DNA from: the human T2T-CHM13v2.0 reference genome, Homo sapiens | Assembly (NCBI RefSeq): GCF_009914755.1 | Contig: NC_060930.1 | Reading direction: 5' to 3' (one strand) | DNA length: 64,000 nt | Part shown: positions 1 through 13,298 of the stretch, in pieces | Layout of the letters: each line of letters begins with the position of its first letter | How positions within the stretch are numbered: the first letter of the stretch is position 1 | The notes under the pieces: model-generated | Seen by the model: the letters and a program-made list of their open reading frames with translations, nothing else | What the model was told of the DNA's origin: nothing | Databases searched by the model: none | Position numbers and translations under genes: made by a program

Positions 1-156
1 TATAAACCCCTAATTTTAGTCACTTGCGGAGACAGATTTGAGATTGATCTCCCATTCTTGGCTGCAACACTAGAAGCCTTCTTCCCTGGTGATACTCGTC
101 TCAGTGATGGCTTTTTCCGTAGTGAGCAGCAGGGAACCCCTGGTGTTTTGGTAACA
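1..156 (+). mobile_element. 3' end of an ERV1-class LTR (MER39-like)
   Basis: Ends ...tcagtgatggcttt...gagcagcagggaacccctggtgttttggtaaca, resembling the MER39-type LTR terminus as recalled; cut by the window edge. Confidence 0.55.
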
Positions 157-566
157 GTACCTCCACTTTATGAGTCCTGTAGCCTCTTAAAATCCAATTA
201 ACCACTTGAAGCTTTAAAGATTTATAAATAATATCTACCTCCCAGAGTCATTATAAGGACTGGCGATTACATAAAGTATTTGCATCACCTAGCAGGCATC
301 AAATAAGTGACTTCCATTAATGTAATTATTTGGTTGTGGACTCTCTATGGGCTTTAAACAGCAATAAAAGTCTTAACCAGGAACTGACAACCGAAATCAT
401 TATTTATAACACTTACCTTGCTTCAACCAACATTGAACCTTTGTTTAGTATTTACATATTTTAGAACTTACTCATTAAGCAAAGTAAACACCTTTTATAT
501 GTAAAAGTCTGAGCTAGTTGCCAAAAACACAGCATTACCCACCCCCACCCCATGCACATACCATAA

Positions 567-914
<348 letters not shown>

Positions 915-2717
915 TAAATGGTCAGTGTTTCAAAGATTTGTTACTAAATTTTAAGTTTTCCTCACTTCTATACAATAGTAGACTGATTTGGCTGCCTTTT
1001 TGTTCTTCTAAATTTTCTTTTTTTATTAAGCCAACTGTTTGTTTTGGCACCACATTAATGTATGTACCTTTTAGTCTATTTATACATGTCACATCTTGGA
1101 TTGCCTTTTTATTCCCAGTTTCTTCCTGGCAAAGACAATGAGCACAGTGAGCATACTTAATAAATGTTACATAATAATAACTATTAAATGTTCCTTAAAA
1201 AATCTCAAGCAGATTTTTCATCTTTAGCTTCTACTTTGGGATAATTATATCCTTCCTCAAAGCTATTTATAGCTCCCATCAGGAAGAACAACTGAAAAAA
1301 AATGTCACAGTCCTGCCAAAACTGTGGTGAAAGTGATTTAAACTCTGAAGATCTGTTGCAAGTGTTCAAAATGGCATTCGACATATGTATATCTAATTCC
1401 ATCAACAGAAAACTTTTCCCAACCAAAATCTCCATGACGGAGGTGGTCATGGAATATGACTTGTCCATATCCCCATCATCAATCATTCCGATTACCCAAA
1501 ACAGTCAAAGAAACGCACCTTACATGCAGTCGTTATTAGTCCATCTGCATGTGCACTCTTCAGCTGCATCATAAGTCATGTTCTCCCTCTACCCTGTGAA
1601 GAGCCTGAGCCCCAGCATATTTAGTCGAGACCATAAGTTGCAGTCACAGGGCCACCTCATAAATAAGTGAAATGGAGGACCTCCTGCATGACGTGAATTG
1701 GAAATCATAGGGCCAAAAAAATATATACATATGTTCAGTATTCAGGGCTGCCAGATTTAGCGAGTACAAATTAGCAATCTTATTCGCTCTACACATTAAT
1801 CTCCAAACTTGCCTGGATGGTATAAGAAAACCCCAAGATTACTTTCTCTCTTAAGTCCAGGAAGCAGGTTAGAATAGTAGGTGAGTCATCAGAGACTGAA
1901 GACATGGGCGTTGATCTCAGTTCTTGCTACCTAGAACTTATTTGGCTTGGAAAAGTCCATCCTAGTTTTTACCAGCAAGATTCTATTATCAAAAGGTCCA
2001 CTTCCAGACTTTGAGAGGGTACTGCTCTCTGTGAGCCACCATGGTAGATGCTGGGGAAACCAGGAACAAGCCTAGTGCCCTGCCCTCAGGGAGCTTAGCA
2101 TCTAGTAGGAGAGAAAGTGTAATTAAAGGAGAAAGGTGGGGTTAGAAATAAAAGATCTAGGTCTATATGAGAAGTCTTGGGTGGGGGGGTGTGGAAGAGG
2201 TGGCTGGCATCACATCTCTGTTAGACTACATTTCTGTATTTCCCTTCAGTATGCAACTTGTTTTACTGTATATTTGTTTTCATGAGAAGGCTTTTGCCCT
2301 CAGGAGAAATTAAATAGAACCCATTGCTTGGCAATAGCAGCCTTCACACAGATTCACATACAGTGATGTCTTGCATTCTAGGTTAATCATAGCTTTTGAG
2401 ATTACCTTTGGGGAAATTGTGTAAGAAAAATCCTTTTTTCTCTCCTGTCAGAGAGAAATGTCTTCTGTGCCATTTGCAGTTACCTTGCTAATGAGATGAG
2501 TCCACAGAGAAGAGGTAAGTACAGAAACGTATCTCTGGCTGACAGCTTCCCAAGGACTCCCACCATCCATGAACAAAGAGTTCTTCCAGTTTAAGTACAG
2601 CAAAAGTGATAGCAATACCTACCAGAACAGGTGGGCTATGGAAGGCCAGCTTAGGTCCCCTCAGAAGTTTAAGTCCAGACGGAGTAGATGAACTCCTTAA
2701 AAAATTATTTTATATAA

Positions 2718-3330
<613 letters not shown>

Positions 3331-3703
3331 AGGGCATAATGTATCCAAAAACCTCTAATGGAGGTTCTGTCACAGAACAGATGATAAATTACATAATTTA
3401 AAAATATTCTGTCTCATTATTTTCAAATATATCTAACAAATTACAGTACCACAGTTTTTTGGGACAGTTTTTTATACAAATTACTCAATTGATTAAGCAA
3501 TTCTAATTCTTGTAACAATCATGAGTTTAAGAGTATCTTAAAATACTGCCATTTTACGACATGTTGAACGTTTGTTGACACAGCAAGAATTTCAAAGCTG
3601 GTGTGGGGACCCAAAGGGCTCCAACTTCATGCTCAGTACTATCTGATTTATCTTTGACAGTTAAATATGTTCCAGTAACAATTTATATTATTAATTGGTT
3701 TAA

Positions 3704-4093
<390 letters not shown>

Positions 4094-4222
4094 AGAGATA
4101 AGACATTTAATGACATGCAGAGAAGTCCCACTGAGTCAGTTTATATATGAAGATGCGAGTATCATTCTGATCCCCAAACCCCAATCTCTTCTGAACATCG
4201 GTTTTCTCCTTAGTCATTGTTT

Positions 4223-4248
4223 AAAAAAAAAAAAAAAAAAAAAAAAAA
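4223..4248. repeat. A26 homopolymer
   Basis: 26 consecutive A with no SINE/LINE body immediately upstream. Confidence 0.95.
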
Positions 4249-5938
4249 CAATGTCTACTAACAATATTAATTGAGTATGTACCATGGTCCAGCTCTGACT
4301 CAACACTGGGGATGCAGCAGTAAGCAAAACACTGCTTACTGGCTCAAGGGGCTCAGTCTGGTGGAGGAAATCACCACTTCTCAGGGTGAGCTCTTTCACA
4401 GGAGTTTTCCTCTGTGGAACTGCTGGAGTCCTTGGCAGTTCTTCATTCTTTGGGTTTTCCGTCCCCAGAACACCTACGCAGGTGGCTCCAGCAAGGGTAG
4501 AGTACAGGGGAGAGCAGTGATCAGGAAAGTCTCACACTGCCTCCTCCAACATTTAGGCCCCACCCAGCCTTGCCAGAGTTTCATCACCTCTAGCTCCTTT
4601 CTCTCATTCTTGGCTACTACAGATAACCCCCAGTATTTCAGACAAATTAGTACATAATGGAACCCCAATTATGCACCAGGGTGAGAGTCTATTCAAAAGG
4701 AGTTCCGGGATCCACGTGATCTGAGGAAAGTGGCTGGGTGCTCCAATATTTCTGCTGCAGTCAGCAGGTTCTGTGAATGTTCCATGACATTACAGATGGG
4801 TGTGTCCCAGGCTCTCAGGGCTCCAGTCAGCCTAACAGTCTTATTTATGACTTAGCCAAATACAGTTCACAACTTAAAACCAAGACTAAACCAATATCAG
4901 TTTAGCATTAATATTCACATCTTGGAATGCAGATTTTACTGCTGATTATCTGATGCATTAAGAGTAATACTCATTCACTATGACATTTAGTAAGCTCCTC
5001 TCACTAGGGGCTTGGTTCAGTTATCAGAGAATAATAGAGGAAGGTGGCCTAGATGTGAATCCTAGCTATTCCTAAGTAAATATACTTAACTTCTTGGGAA
5101 CAGTTACCTCAGCTAGAAAAGGGGAAATACTGTGCATTAAATAGATTGAAGGTGTATTTGACCACAATTAGTGGCCAAAATATGGCATGTTATTATTGGT
5201 ACTATTATTGTACTTTCACGCTTAGAATACTGTTATAACTACAAATGCTTTCAAATTCTTTAAAAGTACTTGGGGTTCATTATTCTTATAGTAGATGTGA
5301 ATATTCTTTTAATTCAACATGTTGCTTTAATATTTATTTTGCTGTATCTTTCTTACCTTTTTGTGTCAGAAGGAAACATCGAATGTAAATTCAATAACAA
5401 CCTGCTATTGTAAATCAACCTTCTTTTGTGACTTAAAACTCTCATGTTTAACTGGCACAAAACTGAAACTCTTATATACAAATAAACGATGTTTCCTATG
5501 GATTTATAAGTACAGAAAGGCCTTTGCTTTTAGAAATGGAAATGCAGTATGAAATCATTTCATCAAAATAGAAGCAGACATTATCATTGCTTTGCCAAAC
5601 TGACAATCTAATTTTAAATAATTCAGCAGTAAAATTTTCATCACTTTCCTAGACAGAATTTCTTAAAGCTCTTTAACAGCTTTATAACTCAACAGTTGTT
5701 AACTATACTACTAGTTTTTTTGTCATTTCATCTTGAACTACTCTGAGAACTTCTAAAACTAGAATATAGTTACATGCACACAGGCCTTGAGGTCTAATTT
5801 GAAAATAAGAACCCAAAGGAAGCAGAATTTGAAGCTAAACTCAGCTTTTAACAGAAATTATTATTCATGATAAACTTTTCTAAATGAAATGCAGTAGTCC
5901 TTTTTTTAAAAAAAACTCCACTTTAGAAATGTTAAATA

Positions 5939-5948
5939 TTTATTTATT
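5939..5948 (-). terminator. GPR63: Distal poly(A) signal of GPR63 (two overlapping AATAAA); cleavage ~5925
   Basis: tttatt at 5939-5944 and 5943-5948 on +; GU/U-rich element (GTGGAGTTTTTTTT) downstream on the minus strand. Confidence 0.7.
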
Positions 5949-6894
5949 TTCTTATCAGGAGTTCTTTTCTTGGTTGTAATAAGAATATGCACAAATAACC
6001 ATATTTTTCGATATTTAAATATTAGAACCCATAATTCAAGGTTGTTTTTTTTTCCATACAGGTCAGTTACTATTGTAAAATAAATTAATTTTAATTACAA
6101 AGGTCTAGTACCAATAGATATCTAAGAAATGTATAATTTACCTCCAATAACAAACTTGTGCTTTGATATTTTTTATCATAAAAACTGAGTTTTCAATGAA
6201 GGCAGTTTAGCAGGACTATAGTTGTGAAAATAAATCTGAATGTAGCCATTCTTTAAACTTAAACTAAAAATCATTGTAGAATAAAATGTCAAGCAAGTGA
6301 AAACTTTTCTGTGATATATACAGAAATGATACATATGTAAATATTTTCACATAAACAAAAACAAAGATCAAGAAAAAAATTAAATATCTTTGTGGGCAAC
6401 AGAAATACACATATTAAAAAGGTTATTTTTATTTTACTTCAATGCTTGCATTGAACACAACTGGCAGAGCAATAGGAATTAGATAAATCTTTACATTCTT
6501 CCGGGAATTACACACAATAAAGACAGCTCTCTATAAGAAAATAAAATATGAGCATAATTAGACTGCTGAAAGTCATGACTTTCAATTAAGTCACCCATTT
6601 TGCTCTACTGTGAAGCTATATGCTTTATCAGAATTTTGCCAGTTGAAAGAAAATAAAGCTAACACTGGCAAGATCCAGCACAAACACAGGTGGCAGCAAA
6701 TCAGGCACAATGTTGTGTGGATTTTCCTCTCAATGTGGATTACCCATGCCTAGAAGATAATGGCTTGCAACACGAAACAAACATTGTGGGATAAAACAGA
6801 TGATATTTAAATAGATATATTTTCTACAGGAATGTTTCCTGAAGAGTTTCCCAGGGACTACCTGAGCCAGAGTCAGGCAGAGTGCTCAATAAAA

Positions 6895-7000
6895 TAAAAA
6901 TGCACATTCCTGGGCTCAACCACAGACCCTCTGGGGGCCCAGGAATCTGTACTGTTAACAAGCTCCCTTGGGGATGCTTAAACATGTATTAAAGTTTAAA
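6895..7000. mobile_element. MER5-type hAT fragment
   Basis: gggggcccaggaatctgtactgttaacaagctccc...aaagttt resembles the MER5 core. Confidence 0.5.
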
Positions 7001-8726
7001 TAATGTTACTCCATACTATTTGGAATTTCCCTTGCATCTTTCTTTTGACCACAAATATTTCATTATCTCTTTTACGCTTCTTACTAGCCAGAAGGAAAAA
7101 CAGGCAAACAAAAAACCATTTCTGATTATGCCTGTAAGCAGTGAGAATTAGTAGTGGTATCTTTCCCTGCCTCAAGAAAATATGGGGGAATAGGCAACAT
7201 ATGATTTTGCACCTACGTTTCTCAAAGGTGCTCCATAGTACTTATTTTTAAAGCTTTCACAATGTATACATAATAAAAATGTTCAAAATGATTTGTAAAC
7301 TCTCATCAGATCAAGATAATCCAGTGTAAAAAGAACTGCTGTTCAGTGTTGCTGCTGAATTCTCACAAAGACCCCTTCATAATCTTTGTTCACAAACAGG
7401 GAGCGTCTCGGCAGGCACTCCAGAGCTCTCACCAAATGAGGCACTGCCTATTAAGCAGCATGAAAGTACCTAAAGACTGCCCATAAAACAGGAACAAAGA
7501 AAACAAAGCTCAGTTTCACCTCCAGCCAAAAAGGAGTCTTCATGACCTATCAATATGTAAGATGAATACAGATCATGCTGACTTTCCTCAGAGAAAAGTC
7601 TAATAAAAAATGTCCTTATCAATATCTGCTTGAAATCTAGTTTATATGGAAAATGGAGAGCATAATACACTTCAAAATGCTACTAGTATCTACTACAGTG
7701 CTTATGTCCTATAAAATCCCTATGGACAAAAACAATTTTACCTGTGAATAAAAATTAGAAATGAAAGAGGTAGGTGACTATCATTTGAAGATAATCCCAA
7801 AACAACATGTTGAATAATATGCTTGAGTCCCCAAAGAGCTCTTTAACTGGACAATGAGTTCCAACATCGGTGCAATTTCCTTAAGAGCAGAGTTTCCCAG
7901 ATATTTCATGATGTCTTCAACCTTTCAATGCCCCAACTCCTGATACAGTGCCACACTCTTCAGACATTTAATATTAAGAAATAGCTAATGAAGTAAAATG
8001 TAAAGAAGTAATACTGGAGACCAAAGGGTGAGGTGATGCTGAAGTCAGCTAGGCTCTTCAAAAATCTATACCCTAGTATAGAGGAAAGCACATTTGAGCT
8101 GGACAGGACGTTAGAGATTCATCTAATCCAACTCTCTGGTTTTACAAATGAAGAAATAGAAGCTTATTTTTTCCACTGGCTCACAAAACACTAACATCCT
8201 GAAAAGATGCTATAAATCCACAGTTAACTTACTTAATTAGTCAATGATGTAGCCAAGTGGCTATATTTTCAGCCCTTACCCCTGTGGGCTGTTTTATAAA
8301 GTGAGCCACTGGTAACAGAGAAGCTGACCAAGGCCCTAGATGCACCTGGGGGCAGACTGTCAGCAAGAGAAAAACAATTTGAAATGTCAGACATGCCCTA
8401 TTAAAACTTGTTCTAGGCTCAGACGAGGGTTCATTTTCCCTTCTTTGTAGGAGACACACATCTGAGCACGTTCACAAACTCCAGCTCTGCTAGGGCAAGC
8501 ATTGGGGCAACAATACTATTCTGCCCAGAACACTTAGAACTAACACAGATGGACAACTGGAAACCTCCAAACCCGCAGGGGCAAGACCTACACATAGCTA
8601 TCTTTAATTTCTCAATAATTGTCAGTCACTTGTTTTGCAAATCAAAAACAAAAAAAAAATCACTGGTTTTGCTTCACAGCCTTATTTATCTAAGATTTTT
8701 AAGTCTCACATTAAAAAGTGGTTGTA

Positions 8727-9053
<327 letters not shown>

Positions 9054-9224
9054 TTATTTTTTCTTTTCTATTTTCCAGTGTTTCTGTAATGCTTTCATAT
9101 TTCTTTTGGTAGTTAGAAAATAAAGGCTAATTTTTAAAAAGAATATCATAGTCTAAAAAATTAAAGGATGCATAGAGTTCCCTCTTGACTATGTGACATC
9201 TAAACTGAATGAACTGTCTGCGTG

Positions 9225-9425
9225 GCACAGTGGAACAGCGCAGTCTCAGGATTCTGACAGATTTTTGGATCCCAGCTCTACCACTAACCTTGGGCAGGAT
9301 TTTAGTCCCTCTGAGACCTGCTTTCTTCACCTGTAAAAATGAAAACAATAATACCTACCTCACAACATCCTGTAAGGATAAAATGATGCACAGTGCCTGA
9401 CACATAGGTGTCCATAAATATCAAC
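9225..9425 (+). mobile_element. MIR in the 3'UTR
   Basis: atcccagctctaccactaaccttgggcagg...ttcacctgtaaaaatg...acagtgcctgacacatagg MIR core. Confidence 0.75.
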
Positions 9426-10271
9426 CCCTTCTCCCTATACTCCACAAAAACCCTTGAGTAAAAGGAATCACCACAGCCTGTACCAGCCACTTGCCATCCC
9501 CCTCACTACATTCACCTTTTAAATTTGCAAGGATCCTGTCTCCTAGATTTTGCGCTATTGCTTGAAGAGTTGCTATTGTGCTTAGAAAAGTATCTACATT
9601 TTATGTTCTCTTTTACAACTGTACATGCAGATAAAACATTTCTTAAAACTATCTTCCCATAAATGATAATGCACATTTCCTAAAGCACATATCATGTATA
9701 AAAACAATTCTGAAAAATAAGACTGAATTAATTTGTACATTTTCTCTTAAAGTGCACCAAAGTAAATAGTAATGACCCTTAAAATGTCGCTAACCTTCCT
9801 GGGTTAGTTTTTAAAATAAAACTAAATATATATTGATTGAGATGTTTGGCTCCAATGTGATGGTAAAAGCAGCAGTGTCTTCCAGAAAAAAAAAGTCTTG
9901 ATAAACTCAAATAAGCATACCTTAGCAGCACACGAAACACCTACAATTCAATGTAACTGCAGGCTCAATAAAGCACAATCCTGATTCCCACTATGAAAAC
10001 AAAATCAATCAAGGAAAAACCCCAAAACCAAAAAAAAGTCTCCTCACCCTAAATTGAGGATTTCTATTGAACCCTGGAGGTAATATTTGTAATCACTTTC
10101 CTATTATTTATTCTTGGTAACAGAACTATAATTACCATTCTTTCTTTACACTGCTCACACACATACATACACAAACCCTATAAAAAAAAATAAAGTGGAG
10201 AGGCTATGAGAAAGAGAATTCAATGTCAATAAAGAACAAGCATCACCCAAAATGTCAGCCAGTTCCAATAT

Positions 10272-11531
10272 TCACACCACCGTCCGATGTTCCCCACACA
10301 CATAGACAGCACTAGGACGTATCCGTCGCTTTGTGTGACCAGGGAGCTGCGGCAAAAACTTGAAGGACTTAGGCATCATGTCCAGGCAAGCATCATGGAA
10401 TTTCTTAATCCTCCAGTAGTAGATCAGCGGATTCAATGCAGACTTGAGGTAGCAGAGCCACAGTAGCCAGGTGCTAATCTCAAAAAAGTTGTGCTGATAG
10501 TAAAAGTGCTTACTGAATGTTGCCACAAGGCTGTAAGTGGTGAATGGGGCCCAGCAGACAATGAAGACAGCAAAGAGAATCAAAATAGTGGTGAAGGCAC
10601 GTGTTTTAAAGCCCATGTCAATGCTCATCTGGAAAGGTCTCTGCAGACTCATGAGACCCAGTTTGCTGGCCTGGCTGAGGCATATACCTTCAGGGTAGCT
10701 ATGGATCCTCAAGGCATTGTGCCGAAGGGTGTTGAGTATGCCCATAAATGAGTACAGTATTACCAGGAAGGGTATGAAGAAAGAAATGAGAGAAATCAAA
10801 ATCACATAAGCCTGGTAGCCTGGATTGGTTGTGTACCCAAACACACACTGGGGAGCTCGGGAAGGTATCTGCAGGTCGGGGTTTCCTACGGCTAAAGGAA
10901 AAGCTACACAAAAGGAAGTTGCCCAAGAAACTGCAATCAGAACCTTAGCTCTATATGGGTTTAGCTTATCCTGCCTCTGGACTATAATAAGGAACCTATC
11001 TATGCTAATGATGAGCAGGATGGCTACTCCTTCTATCACAAATAACCAGAAAAACATAGCAGATACCCTACAGAAGAATTTCCCAAAAATCCATCGGGTA
11101 GTAAGAATAGTTACCAGGGCAAAGGGCATGTTCAGCACTGCAAGCAACATGTCTGCAAAAGCTAGGCTGGCAAGGAGGATGTTAATTGCAGACCTCATGG
11201 CAGCTTTTTGGTAAACCATGAGGCAAACAACCAAGTTCCCAAGAAAAGACACAAACAGAATGAATATCATTATAGCAGAAAGGGTGATCTGAAGAGGCAA
11301 GTTTAGGCTCTTAAATGCTGCTGGTGTTGTGGGCACAGCTGTACTATTCACGGTCAAGGAACTCAAACCAGTGGGAGCCATGGTTTCAAAACTATATCTA
11401 AGCAATGGACTGAGGTCAGGATGCTGGAATGGTGGAGGGAGTGTAATATTCATGTAGGTGTTTTCATACACGACAAATGTTGTGTTGGATGTCCCGGTAT
11501 GGAACGCAGTCAACACTGCCGAGAAGACCAT
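10272..11531 (-). CDS. GPR63: G protein-coupled receptor 63, orphan class A 7TM receptor, 419 aa, intronless CDS
   Basis: ATG at 11531 in strong Kozak (GAAACCATGG), TGA at 10274-10272. Seven hydrophobic helices with GN, LAFAD, C3.25, DRF, CWAP and NPLIY motifs; sequons N16/N28/N62. MVFSAVLTAF...GEHRTVV is recognised as GPR63. The track's GTG start at 11591 is not the true start. Confidence 0.98.
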   Translation of the reverse strand: MVFSAVLTAFHTGTSNTTFVVYENTYMNITLPPPFQHPDLSPLLRYSFETMAPTGLSSLTVNSTAVPTTPAAFKSLNLPLQITLSAIMIFILFVSFLGNLVVCLMVYQKAAMRSAINILLASLAFADMLLAVLNMPFALVTILTTRWIFGKFFCRVSAMFFWLFVIEGVAILLIISIDRFLIIVQRQDKLNPYRAKVLIAVSWATSFCVAFPLAVGNPDLQIPSRAPQCVFGYTTNPGYQAYVILISLISFFIPFLVILYSFMGILNTLRHNALRIHSYPEGICLSQASKLGLMSLQRPFQMSIDMGFKTRAFTTILILFAVFIVCWAPFTTYSLVATFSKHFYYQHNFFEISTWLLWLCYLKSALNPLIYYWRIKKFHDACLDMMPKSFKFLPQLPGHTKRRIRPSAVYVCGEHRTVV

Positions 11532-11535
11532 GGTT

Positions 11536-11660
11536 TCAGTAGGATGGAAGATGCAAGCAGAGATGCAGGAGTTCTTCAAGCATTTCAACACAGAACAGCA
11601 GTATCAGGTCCCATTGATGGGCTTGGAATTACATTCTGGAAAATGGACAATGAGTTCCAT
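11536..11660 (-). promoter_or_regulatory. GPR63: Four uORFs in the exon-2 5'UTR
   Basis: ATGs at 11660 (18 aa, to 11604), 11634 (ATG-TAA), 11614 (9 aa, to 11585) and 11583 (15 aa, to 11536). Confidence 0.85.
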
Positions 11661-11680
11661 CTTCCACAAGAGTCCTTTTG

Positions 11681-11715
11681 CCTGAAAATAAAACCAAAAC
11701 ACAAAAAGTAAATGA
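11681..11715 (-). promoter_or_regulatory. GPR63: Splice acceptor of GPR63 exon 2 (exon starts at 11681; 150 nt of 5'UTR)
   Basis: Minus strand reads ctcatttactttttgtgttttggttttattttCAG|GCAAAAGG. Confidence 0.9.
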
Positions 11716-13010
11716 GAAATGAGATTTGCAAATAACATTTAACTCCAGGGCTGCCTTTCATCATGAAGGATCAGTTTTGCTCTTTTTGACCGTTTAAAAA
11801 TATTTTAGTCTCCAGTGTAGTCAACACTAAAATATCGTTCTGTTATTTTATCTTTAGTCAACCATGGTGGAAATTTCATGACATTCATATATAAAGCAAA
11901 AGTGCGAGGAATCTCAAAATGTGTTACTGCCCCAAAGACAAAAATTATAATCTTACTGTTAATTTTTAAAATATTTCCAGTGCCTTTAATTTTAATTAAA
12001 TGTTAATTTTAATTTTCATGCTTTGCTATAGTCACTATTAATACAGATTTTTATTACCTGGTTCTCTTGAGCACTATTTTTTTTTAATTAATAGTTCTTT
12101 GGTACAAGTTCTTACTCTAATTTTACATTAGCACAAAACCAGATGACAAAGAAACCTAAAGCAGGTTTCCTATTTCACACATAACAATTACACACTTTAG
12201 TTCTAACATCCTTATAAGTAGGCACTAAGTAATTGTCAATGAAGATCTGAAACATTTTCTTGGCTTGCTATTTATTTATTTATCCAATTAATTCATCAAT
12301 TTTTTTCATTTTTAGTTTTTGAATTAAAAATTCATTCATTTTTAATTTCTTTCCAGAAGTTCCACCACCAACCATACTGGAGAACTTACTCAAGAGGAGA
12401 AGAAAAATTCTAAGATGTCTTGGTAATATTTTCAAAAGTTTTATTTTACTAAAGCTCTCTTTGCTTCTCATAGTCTCTCTTCTCTCCCAAGTCCACTGAC
12501 TTTCATCCTTTCTTTTCTGATATGTATACATCTATCTCCTCTATTTTCTCCTCCCTAAAAAACCAATCTTATTTTGTGTTAGCAACTTGATCAGAATATG
12601 TCAACCAAATAACAAAGATAGAGATGTTAAAGGAGAGATGACTAGAAAAATATTCAGGTATGAAGAATCTATTCCAGAAAACTTACAAACATATTTAGTT
12701 AGCTTGCTCCAAAAAGTTTCTTATCACCTTTCTCTTATCCTAACCCCCAATTTCTTACCCAGATTTCTGTAACTCCAGAGTTTTCTGTAAGGGACTTTCT
12801 TTATCTGCTGTCTTACACATTTTGTGGTATGGGTTTTTCCTTCCGTAGGTCTTTACTGGAGAGGTAACCTCTTTATAGTTAGAAAGAATTCTCTGAATTT
12901 CTGGCTAGATTCCTTTAATAAGCTCTTAAGAGACTGGGAAAACATACATGTACAGCAGTTTAAAACAAACTGCAGTTTACTCATTATTTCGACTTAGAAT
13001 CAGTCATTGA

Positions 13011-13298
13011 TTTTTTTTTTTTTTTTCCAGACAGAGTCTCACTCTTGTTGCCCAGATGGTGCGATCTCAGCTCACCGCAACCTCCGCCTCCTGGGTTCAA
13101 GCGATTCTCCTACCTCAGCCTCCCGAGTAGCTGGGATTACAGGTATGCACCACCAAGCCCGGCTAATTTTGTATTTTTAGTAGAGACGGGGTTTCTCCAT
13201 GTTGGTCAGGCTGGTCTCGAACTCCTGACCTCAGGTGATCCACCCGCCTCAGCTTCCCAAAGTGTTGGGATTACAGGCGTGAGCCACTGCACCCAGCC
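13011..13298 (-). mobile_element. AluSp-like
   Basis: actcttgttgccc, ctcaccgcaacc, tttctccatgttggtcagg; TSD agtcattgattt; small internal deletion. Confidence 0.92.

Noticed and set aside
1205-1574. Overlapping 93-aa (-) and 90-aa (+) ORFs in non-repeat sequence, with an 8-bp hairpin at ~1431-1453
   Set aside because: No recognisable domain or splice context; ORFs and stems of this size occur by chance in 64 kb.
11604-11606. In-frame TGA as a selenocysteine codon
   Set aside because: I could not identify a SECIS element and no GPCR selenoprotein is known; a SECISearch hit in the 3'UTR would be required.
10491-11711. Plus-strand ORFs opposite the GPR63 CDS
   Set aside because: Antisense shadows of a real coding sequence; no protein features.
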